Program-made: the position numbers and the translations under genes
In this document: piece after piece, positions 46,511 through 56,613 of the stretch
Layout: every line of letters starts with the position of its first letter
Numbering within the stretch: position 1 is the first letter of the stretch
Source: an uncultured Planctomycetia bacterium
GTDB taxonomy: Bacteria > Planctomycetota > MHYJ01 > WSZJ01
Assembly: GCA_964590435.1 (NCBI GenBank)
Contig: CAZPWT010000008.1
Location: forward strand, 83,880 to 147,879
DNA: 64,000 nucleotides
Direction of reading: 5' to 3'
The notes under the pieces: model-generated
Seen by the model: the letters and a program-made list of their open reading frames with translations, nothing else
Database searches by the model: none
Told to the model about the DNA's origin: nothing

Positions 46511-47092
46511 TTACGCCGGGCGATCCACGACTCGATTCCGAACTCGCAAGGTTCCCAAGTTCCGTTGCAGAGAGCGCAGCCGCCGTTTGCGCCGGAGACG
46601 AAGAAGTTCCATTCGGTGTTTGAGTGCAGCAGGATCGTCGAGTTCCGAAAGCCGGGCCGGATTTCGTGCGTAGAAGTCGAGAAGGCCGGGAATATCGTCC
46701 TCGGACTGGAGCTCGATTGGCGAGCGAAAGAGCACGGCTTCGGGAATCGTAGACCGCATCTTTGCGAGCAAAGCGGACTTCCGTTCCTCCCCGAGCTTCG
46801 GCCTCGGCGTCGAACGGATTTCGGGCCAGGAGAGCAGGGTCGTTTGCGGCCCGTTCTTCAATTCCAACCCAAGGCTCCCGATGCGCGCGACGATTCCGAA
46901 CTGCTGGGCGCGCAAGGCAGCACGGATGATCCAGGGCACGGCGAGGAGCCACAACCCGCCAGTCAGGCCAAATGTGACCGCGAACATGGGTGCCGGCTGA
47001 TTCCGGAGTCGATCGACTGCCGAAGCGGCGACGTACGCCGTCCAGAAAACGAGGATTACCCAGAGAGGGCCCGTCCGGTAACGGATGTTCAC
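46511..47092 (-). CDS. Small membrane protein (paralog 1)
   Basis: Two N-terminal TM helices then a soluble domain; resembles 48126..48674; lower GC. Confidence 0.5.
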   Translation of the reverse strand: MNIRYRTGPLWVILVFWTAYVAASAVDRLRNQPAPMFAVTFGLTGGLWLLAVPWIIRAALRAQQFGIVARIGSLGLELKNGPQTTLLSWPEIRSTPRPKLGEERKSALLAKMRSTIPEAVLFRSPIELQSEDDIPGLLDFYARNPARLSELDDPAALKHRMELLRLRRKRRLRSLQRNLGTLRVRNRVVDRPA

Positions 47093-47189
47093 ACCAACAA
47101 TCTAACCGGACTGAGGCTTCATCCGCGGAGGATCGGAACAATTCGGGAAGAACCCCGGCGCTGCCCGCGTACAGCATCGGGAGGGGAAG

Positions 47190-47903
47190 ATGAACGGAGA
47201 CCTTGCCATGCCATGCCGCACGATTGCCGCACTAGCACTCGCCGCTTCCATTGCCCTCGCTGGCGATCCGCCCCCGGGACCGACGGCGGAGGAAGCCAAG
47301 GTCAAAGTGGAAGCGCTGAGGGCCGCGAAGGACACGGACTCCAAGAAGAAGGCGATCGGCGAGTCGGCCTGCTGCCCGCACGCGACCGTCGCGGCGACGC
47401 TGGCGGCGTTCCTGGGCGACCCGGACGACGGGGTGCGCTCGGCGGCGGCGGAAGCGCTGGGCGGGATGAAAGGGTCGGCGGACGCGGCGAAGGCGCTCGC
47501 GGGCGGCGTGCCGGCGAATGCGAAGAAGCCGGCCGTGCTCACGGCGATCTTCGCTTCCATGGGCAAGGTCAACAGCGCCGCGGCGATCCCCGCGCTCAAG
47601 GAATTCGCTTCGAAGAACGTCCCGCTCAAGGACGAGAAGGCCTCCGACGCGACGGTCGCGGCGATCAACGCGCTCGGCGAGATCAAGTCGAAGGCGAGCG
47701 TCGAGGTGCTGCTGGAGTTCTACAAGAAGCAGGTCGGGATCGGCATGGGGTGCAGCGCGGGCATCCAGGCGCCCGTCTACTCCGCGATCTCCGGCGGCCT
47801 CAAGACGCTGACCGGCCAGACGTTCAACAGCATGCCCGGCGAGGCCGAGCTCTGGTGGCGCAAGCACAAGGACGAGTTCAAGGACGACATGACGAAGAAG
47901 TAG
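47190..47903 (+). CDS. Secreted HEAT-repeat protein
   Basis: GGGAGGGG before ATG; signal peptide; repeated DDGVRSAAAEALG-type HEAT-like units. Confidence 0.65.
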   Translation: MNGDLAMPCRTIAALALAASIALAGDPPPGPTAEEAKVKVEALRAAKDTDSKKKAIGESACCPHATVAATLAAFLGDPDDGVRSAAAEALGGMKGSADAAKALAGGVPANAKKPAVLTAIFASMGKVNSAAAIPALKEFASKNVPLKDEKASDATVAAINALGEIKSKASVEVLLEFYKKQVGIGMGCSAGIQAPVYSAISGGLKTLTGQTFNSMPGEAELWWRKHKDEFKDDMTKK

Positions 47904-48125
47904 CGTTATCGAGACGGCCGCCCGGCGGTATGGCTCCCCCCCGCCGACCGGGCGGCCGGCTCTCTCGCGACTCAGGCCCGATTCAGCGGCGGTGGCGACC
48001 CGGGTACCCCAGTGCATGATCCGGTCAGGGTCATAGGGGCGAAGGGACCGCCGGCGCTGGAGCGGGCCTGGCTCTGGCGAACGAAGCGCACGAGTGCGCG
48101 GGGCAGCGCACCCCTCTGAAGCAGG

Positions 48126-48674
48126 TCAGCCCCGGCGCTCTCGTTGGCCGTGCCCGAGAGCCGAAAGTCGATCCGAAATCCTTTGGGGATCCGATAACTC
48201 GGCCCGGAGCTCGGGATTCGCGAGGTAGAAATTGATGACCTGCGACACCTCGTCGAGCGGGACCTGAACGTCCTCGTCCGAGACGATGATGTCAAAGCCG
48301 GTCAGGTTGCGATCCACGCGCTCGAGGAGTCCGGAGCTGGCGCGCTTGAGCCGGAGCCGAAGCACTCGCATCTTCTCCACAGTGACGGAGTCCACTGTGT
48401 CAAGATTGTCCCACTTGATTCGCTCCATCCCTGGTCCCGTGCGCAGGCGGACTTCTTCCGGCTCAAGATCGATGCCGTCCTGCCTCAGGTATCGAAGAAT
48501 GCCCGCTGGAAACAGCCACAGGCCGAAAAGGCCGGCGCAGAACCCTCCAATGACCAGCGCGGCCGTGCGGTGCTCGTAGAGCCCGTAGCAGAGGATCGCA
48601 ACCCCGGCGACGGCCCAGCCGGCATTCTCCAGAAGCTTCTTGCGTTCGCCGGATTTCGAAGATTGAAATTGCAT
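48126..48674 (-). CDS. Small membrane protein (paralog 2)
   Basis: Same architecture as 46511..47092 (two TM helices, soluble domain ending in a FY..NPE.R.EL.DP block). Confidence 0.5.
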   Translation of the reverse strand: MQFQSSKSGERKKLLENAGWAVAGVAILCYGLYEHRTAALVIGGFCAGLFGLWLFPAGILRYLRQDGIDLEPEEVRLRTGPGMERIKWDNLDTVDSVTVEKMRVLRLRLKRASSGLLERVDRNLTGFDIIVSDEDVQVPLDEVSQVINFYLANPELRAELSDPQRISDRLSALGHGQRERRG

Positions 48675-48690
48675 CCGGACTCCCCCCCGC

Positions 48691-49119
48691 CTACTTCTTC
48701 CCCTTCACGCCCTCTTCGAACGCGCTCCACGCCAGCAGCGCGCATTTCACGCGCACCGGGAACTTCCTCACGCCCTCCAGCGCCACGATGTCGCCCAGCG
48801 GGTCGGCTTCGTGCTTTTTGGTCTCGCCGCGCATCATCTTCTTGAAGAGCGCCGCGCTGGACATGGCGTCGGCCATGGGCTTGCCCTTGAGGATTTCGGT
48901 CATGAGGGAAGCGGAAGCCTGGGAGATGGCGCAGCCGCGGCCGCGGAACTTGACGTCGGCGACCTTGCCGTCCTTGAGGGAGACGTGGAGGGTGATGTCG
49001 TCGCCGCAGAAGGGATTGTTCATGGAGATGGAGACGTCGGGCGAGGCGATTTCGCCGCGGTTCCGGGGAGCCTTGAAGTGCTCCATGATGATTTCCTGGT
49101 ACAGGCTTTCTAGCGACAT
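48691..49119 (-). CDS. sufU: SUF-type Fe-S cluster scaffold SufU/NifU-like (copy 1)
   Basis: NPFCGDDITL, GRGCAISQASAS and VKCALLAW conserved Cys motifs. Confidence 0.8.
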   Translation of the reverse strand: MSLESLYQEIIMEHFKAPRNRGEIASPDVSISMNNPFCGDDITLHVSLKDGKVADVKFRGRGCAISQASASLMTEILKGKPMADAMSSAALFKKMMRGETKKHEADPLGDIVALEGVRKFPVRVKCALLAWSAFEEGVKGKK

Positions 49120-50339
49120 CCGAAGAACTCCCGTGTGCGGTTGAGGGAATCGACCATCTGGTCGATCTCGGACGTGGAAGTATACACGTAGAAGCTGGCG
49201 CGCGCCGTAGCGACGACACCGAGGCGGCGCATGAGGGGCTGGGCGCAGTGGTGGCCGGCGCGGATGCAGAGGCCGTCCTGGTCGAGGCAGGTGGCGAGGT
49301 CGTGGGGGTGGATCGGCTCGAGGGTGAAGCAGGCGACGCCGCCGCGGGGGCCGGACTGGGGGCCGAAGAGGACGCAGCCGGGAATGGCGGCGAGTTTCTT
49401 CTGGGCGTAGTCGGCGAGGGCTTCCTCGTGGGCGTGGACGGCGTCGAGGCCGAGCCCTTCGAGGTAATCGATGGCGGCGCCGAGGCCGGCGACCTCGGCG
49501 ACGGCGGGGGTGCCGGGCTCGAAGCGGTGCGGCGGGTCGCGGAACGTGGACTTGTCGAGGTACACCTCGAGGATCGTCTCACCGCCGACCATGAACGGGT
49601 CCATCTCGCGCAGGATCTCCGGCCGCGCCCAGAGCACGCCAACCCCCGTCGGGCCGCACATCTTGTGCGCGCTGAACGCGTAGAAATCGCAGCCGAGCGC
49701 GCCGACGTCGACCTTCATGTGCGGCGCCGCCTGCGCCCCGTCGGCGAGGAGCAGCGCCCCGACCGCGTGCGCCTTCGCCGCGATCTGCGCGATCGGGTTG
49801 ATCGTGCCGAGGACGTTCGAGGCGTGGCAGAGGGCAACAAGCCTGGTTTTCCGGGTGAGAAGGGCGTCGAGCGTCGAGAGGTCGAGGCGGCCTTCGTCCG
49901 TAATCGGGATGTGCTTCAGCACGATCCCCCGGTCGCGCTTCAACAGGTGCCACGGGACGAGATTCGAATGGTGCTCCATCTCCGTCAGCAGCACCTCATC
50001 GCCCGCCTTCAGGAACTTCCGCCCCCACCCGTGCGCCACGAGATTCACGGCCTCGGTCGTATTGCGGACGTAGATCACGCCCTCGGCCGACGGCGCGCCG
50101 ATGAACTTCGCGATCTTCTCGCGCGTCCCCTCGAACATCGCCGTCGCTTCCTCGGAAAGCTTGTACGCCCCGCGGTGGACGTTCGCGTTCATCTCGCGAT
50201 AGAAGCGCGCCATCGCTTCGATCACGGCCTCGGGCTTCTGCGACGTCGCGGCGCTGTCGAGATAGACGAGCGGCTTGCCGCGGACCTGGCGTGAGAGGAT
50301 CGGGAAGTCGGCGCGCACGCGAGCGGGATCGAGGTGCAT
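49110..50339 (-). CDS. sufS: Cysteine desulfurase SufS (copy 1)
   Basis: RADFPILSRQVRGKPLVYLDSAATSQKP, PLP-lysine SAHKMCGPTG, active-site RAGHHCAQP; start at internal ATG 50339 preceded by GAGG. Confidence 0.85.
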   Translation of the reverse strand: MHLDPARVRADFPILSRQVRGKPLVYLDSAATSQKPEAVIEAMARFYREMNANVHRGAYKLSEEATAMFEGTREKIAKFIGAPSAEGVIYVRNTTEAVNLVAHGWGRKFLKAGDEVLLTEMEHHSNLVPWHLLKRDRGIVLKHIPITDEGRLDLSTLDALLTRKTRLVALCHASNVLGTINPIAQIAAKAHAVGALLLADGAQAAPHMKVDVGALGCDFYAFSAHKMCGPTGVGVLWARPEILREMDPFMVGGETILEVYLDKSTFRDPPHRFEPGTPAVAEVAGLGAAIDYLEGLGLDAVHAHEEALADYAQKKLAAIPGCVLFGPQSGPRGGVACFTLEPIHPHDLATCLDQDGLCIRAGHHCAQPLMRRLGVVATARASFYVYTSTSEIDQMVDSLNRTREFFGCR

Positions 50340-50423
50340 TTGAGCCTCATTAAACCGGCGCGGCGTGCGACTGCAGGAAAAAAGAGGCTCGACGGATTGA
50401 TTCGCTGCCCCCGGGCCGGTAGG

Positions 50424-50458
50424 ATTCCGATACACATTCGGAGTATCGGAATGTGTAT
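50424..50458. promoter_or_regulatory. Palindromic operator candidate upstream of vapB
   Basis: ATTCCGATAC-N9-GTATCGGAAT perfect 10-bp inverted repeat with overlapping ATACACATTCGG half-sites, ending 12 nt before the vapB Shine-Dalgarno. Confidence 0.45.
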
Positions 50459-50470
50459 AAGGAGGGATTG

Positions 50471-50683
50471 ATGCGCCGTACGAACATCGTCATCGACGAG
50501 ATCCTAGTCCGCCGGGTCATGAAGGCCTTCGGCGTGAATTCCATGAAAGAAGCGGTCCACAAGGCCCTTCAGCAGGCCGACGAGCGCTCGAAGACCTACG
50601 AGGCCATGCGGGAACTCCGGGGCAAGCTCCACTGGGAAGGCGACATCGACGCATGGCGGAGGAATCGGCTTGATCGTCGTTGA
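50471..50683 (+). CDS. vapB: Type II antitoxin VapB-like
   Basis: AAGGAGGG before ATG; 70 aa; overlaps the downstream PIN gene. Confidence 0.7.
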   Translation: MRRTNIVIDEILVRRVMKAFGVNSMKEAVHKALQQADERSKTYEAMRELRGKLHWEGDIDAWRRNRLDRR

Positions 50684-51065
50684 CTCCGCGGTCTGGGTCG
50701 CCTGGTTCAACGGCCGCGCGGACCCGCACGTGAGCCGCCTCGACCGTGGCCGCGCCCGGAAAGAGGATTTCGCCACCGCACCCCTGATCATCACCGAGGT
50801 GCTGCAGGGCTTTGCTGACGACCGCGAGTTCGAGCGAGCGCGCGACTTCATGATCCGCCTGCCGTCGCTGGCCCTCGACGAGAACGGTCATGTCGAGGCG
50901 GCGCGACTGTACCGGACCCTTCGGAAGCGGGGTTTGACGATCCGGGGCACGGTGGACTGCATCATCGCCCAGACGTGCATTTCCAACGCCTGCGAGCTCC
51001 TCAGCCCCGACCGCGATTTCGCCGCCATAGCGAAGCACTCTGCGCTGAAGTTGTGTGCGGTTTGA
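50670..51065 (+). CDS. vapC: PIN-domain toxin VapC
   Basis: IVVDSAVWVAWF, PLIITEVLQG and DCIIAQTCI PIN motifs; TTG start overlapping vapB by 14 nt. Confidence 0.75.
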   Translation: MIVVDSAVWVAWFNGRADPHVSRLDRGRARKEDFATAPLIITEVLQGFADDREFERARDFMIRLPSLALDENGHVEAARLYRTLRKRGLTIRGTVDCIIAQTCISNACELLSPDRDFAAIAKHSALKLCAV

Positions 51066-51110
51066 TCGACGCTGGACGGTTGCATGGACGTTCACGACAA
51101 ACCGACCCGG

Positions 51111-51563
51111 TCATTCCGTGCTGACCGTCTCCGCCTTCCCCTTCAGCGCCGCCTCCAGCGCGTGCCACGAGAGCGTCGCGCACTTCACGCGCACCGGGAA
51201 CTCGGCCACGCCGGCGAAGATCGCGAGCTTGCCCAGGTCTTCGCCCTCGTAGGGCTTGCCGGCGTCGCGCGTCACCATCGCGTGGTACTTGCGGAAGAGC
51301 GCTTCCGCGTCGGCCTTCGACTTGCCGATGAGCTCCTGGGTCATGATGGAGGCGGCGGCGCGGGAGATGGCGCAGCCGTTGCCGAGGAAGCCGATGTCGG
51401 CGATTTTCTCGCCGTCCATCTTGAGGAAGACCTGGATATGGTCGCCGCAGAGGGGGTTGGCGCCGGCGGCCTTGTGGGTGGCGTCGGGGATGAGCTTGAA
51501 ATTCCGGGGGCGCTTGTAGTGCTCGAGGATGACGTCGCCGTAGAGGTCGGTGAGGTCGCTCAT
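51111..51563 (-). CDS. sufU: SUF-type Fe-S cluster scaffold SufU/NifU-like (copy 2)
   Basis: NPLCGDHIQV, GNGCAISRAAAS, VKCATLSW; ATG overlaps sufS stop (ATGA). Confidence 0.8.
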   Translation of the reverse strand: MSDLTDLYGDVILEHYKRPRNFKLIPDATHKAAGANPLCGDHIQVFLKMDGEKIADIGFLGNGCAISRAAASIMTQELIGKSKADAEALFRKYHAMVTRDAGKPYEGEDLGKLAIFAGVAEFPVRVKCATLSWHALEAALKGKAETVSTE

Positions 51564-52843
51564 GACGTGAACACCTCCACGACCTTGCGGAGGGCGGCCT
51601 CGAGGGCGAGGGCTTCCTCCGGAGTGTTGTAGAACGCGACGGAAGCGCGGGCGGTGGCGGGGAGGCCGAGGCGGGTCATGACGGGCTGGGCACAGTGGTG
51701 GCCGGTGCGGATGGCGACGCCCTCGCGGTCGGCGATGGTGCCGATATCGTGGGGGTGGATGCCCTCGAGGACGAAGGAAGCGACGCCGGCCTTGTCCTTC
51801 GCGGTGCCGACGAGTTTCGCGCCGGGGACGCGGAGGATGGCGGCCTCGAAGGCGGCGAGGAGTTCCTTTTCGCGGGCGGCGATGCGGTCCATGCCGATCG
51901 CCGACAGGTAGTCGATCGCGGCGCCGAGTCCGACGACGCCCTCGATGTTCGGGGTGCCGGCTTCGAACTTCGCGGGGACCTCGGCCCAGGTGGACTTCTC
52001 GAAGCTGACGCTGGAGATCATGTCGCCGCCGCCCTGCCACGGGGGAAGCGAGTTCCAGAGGGCGAGCGGGGCCCAGGCGACGCCGATGCCGGTGGGGGCG
52101 CACATCTTGTGGCCGCTGAAGATATAGAAGTCGGCGCCGATGTCTTTCACGTTCACGGGCTGGTGCGGGACGGCCTGCGCGCCGTCGACGAGGACCGTCG
52201 CGCCGGCGGCCTTCGCCATCCGGGCGATCTCGCGGATCGGGGTGACGGTGCCGAGGGCGTTCGAGACGTGCGTGACGGCGACGAGCTTCGTCTTCGGCGA
52301 CAGGAGCTTCGCGTACTCCGCCATGTCCAGCTCGCCCGCGTCGTTCATGGGGATGACGCGGATCTTCGCGCCCTTCTCTTCGCACAGCAGCTGCCACGGG
52401 ACGATGTTCGAGTGGTGCTCGAGCGTCGAGAGCACGATCTCGTCGCCCTTCCCGATCCGCGTCCGCCCGAACGTCTGGGCGACGAGGTTGATCCCCTCGG
52501 TGGCGCCGCGGACGAAGACGCACTCGCGGGGATCGGCGGCATTGATGAAGCGGGCGACTTTCTTCCGGACGCCCTCGTACGCGATCGTCGCCTGCTCGGA
52601 GAGCCAGTGCACGCCGCGGTGGATGTTGGCGTTGTGCGATTCGTAGTACTCGCGCACCGCGTCGATGACGACCTGCGGCTTCTGGCTCGTCGCGGCGTTG
52701 TCGAGGTAGACGAGCGGCTTGTTGCGCACGGACTGCTTCAACGCCGGAAAGTCGGATCGCACGGCAGCCCAGTCGACCGGGCGGTCGGGGCCAGGCCCTT
52801 CAACCTTCGACCTTCGACCTTCGACGCCGTTCTCCGTCCTCAA
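51560..52843 (-). CDS. sufS: Cysteine desulfurase SufS (copy 2)
   Basis: RSDFPALKQSVRNKPLVYLDNAATSQKP, SGHKMCAPTG, RTGHHCAQP; TTG start placed to overlap the sufD stop (TTGA), a GTG about 75 nt downstream is an alternative; ORF 51560..53389 has an Arg-rich upstream extension. Confidence 0.75.
   Translation of the reverse strand: MRTENGVEGRRSKVEGPGPDRPVDWAAVRSDFPALKQSVRNKPLVYLDNAATSQKPQVVIDAVREYYESHNANIHRGVHWLSEQATIAYEGVRKKVARFINAADPRECVFVRGATEGINLVAQTFGRTRIGKGDEIVLSTLEHHSNIVPWQLLCEEKGAKIRVIPMNDAGELDMAEYAKLLSPKTKLVAVTHVSNALGTVTPIREIARMAKAAGATVLVDGAQAVPHQPVNVKDIGADFYIFSGHKMCAPTGIGVAWAPLALWNSLPPWQGGGDMISSVSFEKSTWAEVPAKFEAGTPNIEGVVGLGAAIDYLSAIGMDRIAAREKELLAAFEAAILRVPGAKLVGTAKDKAGVASFVLEGIHPHDIGTIADREGVAIRTGHHCAQPVMTRLGLPATARASVAFYNTPEEALALEAALRKVVEVFTS
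52797..52828. repeat. GTCGAAG heptamer tandem array (reverse-complement copy)
   Basis: Minus strand reads ggcgtcgaaggtcgaaggtcgaaggttgaagg, shortly after the sufD stop; same unit as 43002..43026 with one extra copy. Confidence 0.6.
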
Positions 52844-54186
52844 GCGTTCCTCCCCGCCTCCAGCAACCTCTGCACGATCGACCGGTCGAGCCACTCCCGC
52901 GTCTCCGGGATCGCGAACTGCACCAGCACGTCCCGCGCGAAAGCATACGTCAGGATCCCCCGCGCCAGCTCCGGCGCGATGCCGCGCGACCGGCAGTAGA
53001 ACACCATCTCCTCGTCCAGCTGCCCCACCGTCGCCCCGTGTGTGCACTTCACGTCGTCCGCGAAGATCTCCAGCTGCGGCTTCGTGTCGACGCGGGCGTC
53101 GTCGGAGAGGAGCAGGTTCTTGTTCGTCTGCTTCGCGTCCGTCTTCTGCGCGTCCTCCCTCACGAACACCTTCCCGTTGAACACCACGTGCGACCGCCCG
53201 TTCAGGATCGCCTTGTAGAACTCGCGGGAAGGGCAGTTCGGGACGGCGTGGTCGATGACGGTGTGGTGGTCGATGTGCTGGTGGCCGGACGCGATCGAAA
53301 GGCCAAGGAACTGCGCCTCTGCGCGCTGGCCGGCGAGGAAGGCGCCGAGGTCGTGGCGGAAGAACTCCGCGCCGGTGACGGCGCTGCACTCCTGGAAGAA
53401 TGCGCCTTCGCCGAGCCGGGCCTGCGTGTTGGCGACGTGGTACGCGTTGCCGCTCTCCGCCTCGAGCCGGATCGACACGAGGCGCGCTCCGGCGGCCAGG
53501 TCCACCTCGGTCACGGCGTTGGTGAAGTAGAGGTCGCAGGAGGGCGAAGCGTAGGCTTCGACGACCTGGACCTGCGCGCCGGCGCCGAGCACGAACAGGT
53601 GCCGCGGGTGGCTGGCGAGGTAGGACTCGTGCGACAGGTGCAGGACAAGGACCGGCTTCTCGACGACTTTCCCTTCAGGCACGTACACGAACGCCCCGTC
53701 CTGGAACAGCGCGGTGTTGAGCGCCGTGAACGCCGTCGCGCCCGGCTTCGCGAGCTTCCCGAGCCGCGGCTCGATGATCGCGCGGTGCTTCTCGAGCGCC
53801 TCCGCGAGGCTGCACACCACGACGCCCGCCGGGAGCCCGTCGAGCTTCGAGAGCTCCTTCGAGAAGAACCCGTCCACGACCACGATCCGCGGCGAATTCT
53901 CCAGCCCGAACGTGAACAGCTTCGCCGTGTTCGCGACCAGCGCGTCCTTCTTCGGCTCCAGCGACTGCCGGAACCCCGTCTTCACCAGCGTCTCGACGCT
54001 CGTGTACCGCCACTCCTCGTCCGCGGTCGTCGGGAACCCGCGCTCCCGGAACGCCGCCGCGCCGAGCTTCCGCAACTCCGCGAGCCACGGGAAGCGCTTC
54101 CAGCCCGCGCTCCGCTCCCCCGCCTCGAGGTGGGCGGGCCAGCAGCCGCCGAGGACGGCGGGCTTCTCGAGGGCGGCCGTGCTCAT
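52840..54186 (-). CDS. sufD: Fe-S cluster assembly protein SufD
   Basis: 448 aa SufD-like sequence; ATG overlaps sufC stop (ATGA). Confidence 0.85.
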   Translation of the reverse strand: MSTAALEKPAVLGGCWPAHLEAGERSAGWKRFPWLAELRKLGAAAFRERGFPTTADEEWRYTSVETLVKTGFRQSLEPKKDALVANTAKLFTFGLENSPRIVVVDGFFSKELSKLDGLPAGVVVCSLAEALEKHRAIIEPRLGKLAKPGATAFTALNTALFQDGAFVYVPEGKVVEKPVLVLHLSHESYLASHPRHLFVLGAGAQVQVVEAYASPSCDLYFTNAVTEVDLAAGARLVSIRLEAESGNAYHVANTQARLGEGAFFQECSAVTGAEFFRHDLGAFLAGQRAEAQFLGLSIASGHQHIDHHTVIDHAVPNCPSREFYKAILNGRSHVVFNGKVFVREDAQKTDAKQTNKNLLLSDDARVDTKPQLEIFADDVKCTHGATVGQLDEEMVFYCRSRGIAPELARGILTYAFARDVLVQFAIPETREWLDRSIVQRLLEAGRNA

Positions 54187-54947
54187 CGCGCGGCTCCCGC
54201 GACCGCCGGCTCCTTGACCCAGTCGTAGCCGCGCTTCTCCAGCTCCAGCGCGAGATCCTTGCCGCCCGACTTCACGATCTTCCCGTCGGACAGCACGTGC
54301 ACGAAGTCCGGCACGATGTAGTTCAGGAGGCGCTGGTAGTGCGTCACGACGAGGAAGGCGCGGTCCTTCGAGCGCAGCTTGTTGACGCCGTCGGACACGG
54401 CGCGAAGGGCGTCGATGTCGAGGCCGGAGTCGGTCTCGTCGAGGATGGCGAGCTTCGGCTCGAGGACGGCGAGCTGGAAGATCTCGTTGCGCTTCTTTTC
54501 GCCGCCGGAGAAGCCCTCGTTCACGGGGCGGTTCAGGAGCGACTCGTCGATGTGGAGGATCTTGGACTTCTCCTTGAGGAGCTTGTTGAAGTCCATCGCG
54601 TCGAGCTCGGGCTCGCCGCGGTGCTTGCGGATCTCGTTGTAGCCGGCGCGGAGGAAGTACGCGTTGGAGACCCCGGGGATTTCGACGGGGTACTGGAACG
54701 CAAGGAAGATGCCCTCTTTGGCGCGGTCTTCGGGGGACTTGTCCGCGAGGTCTTCGCCCCTGTAGGAGATCGTGCCGCCCGTCACCGTGTAAGCGGGGTG
54801 CCCCGCCAGCACTTGCGCGAGCGTGCTCTTCCCCGACCCGTTGGGCCCCATGATGGCGTGGACTTCCCCCGCCTTCACGCTGAGCGAGAGCCCCTTGAGG
54901 ATTTCCTTCTTCCCGACCGTAGCGCGCAGGTCCTTGATCTCGAGCAT
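54183..54947 (-). CDS. sufC: Fe-S cluster assembly ATPase SufC
   Basis: Walker [14 protein letters not shown] signature FSGGEKKR, Walker [13 protein letters not shown]; start at internal ATG after an AG-rich RBS. Confidence 0.9.
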   Translation of the reverse strand: MLEIKDLRATVGKKEILKGLSLSVKAGEVHAIMGPNGSGKSTLAQVLAGHPAYTVTGGTISYRGEDLADKSPEDRAKEGIFLAFQYPVEIPGVSNAYFLRAGYNEIRKHRGEPELDAMDFNKLLKEKSKILHIDESLLNRPVNEGFSGGEKKRNEIFQLAVLEPKLAILDETDSGLDIDALRAVSDGVNKLRSKDRAFLVVTHYQRLLNYIVPDFVHVLSDGKIVKSGGKDLALELEKRGYDWVKEPAVAGAAR

Positions 54948-55011
54948 CTCAGTCCTTCCCTTTCCGTTTTTCTGTTGTCCTTCACTGGCCGCTGGCAACT
55001 GGCCGCTCGCC

Positions 55012-56445
<1,434 letters not shown>

Positions 56446-56467
56446 GGCGTTTCTCCTGACGGGCTAA

Positions 56468-56490
56468 AATAGGACTAAATTTGTCCTATT
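56468..56490. promoter_or_regulatory. Palindromic operator candidate upstream of sufB
   Basis: AATAGGAC-taaattt-GTCCTATT, perfect 8-bp inverted repeat with 7-nt AT-rich spacer, 23-45 nt upstream of the sufB start. Confidence 0.45.
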
Positions 56491-56613
56491 CCTGCTGCGA
56501 AATTTCGGGGGCACCTCCGTCGCCTGGCTCCAATCCTCTTCGATTCCGGGCGACAGGGATGCCCCCGCCGGACCCTCAATGCTAGTCGATCGCAGAAGAG
56601 TGTCAAGCGCGGC

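Noticed and set aside
47916-47959. Intrinsic terminator downstream of the HEAT-repeat gene at 47190..47903
   Set aside because: An 11-bp GC stem is present but the loop is about 22 nt and there is no U-tract; too weak to call as a terminator.
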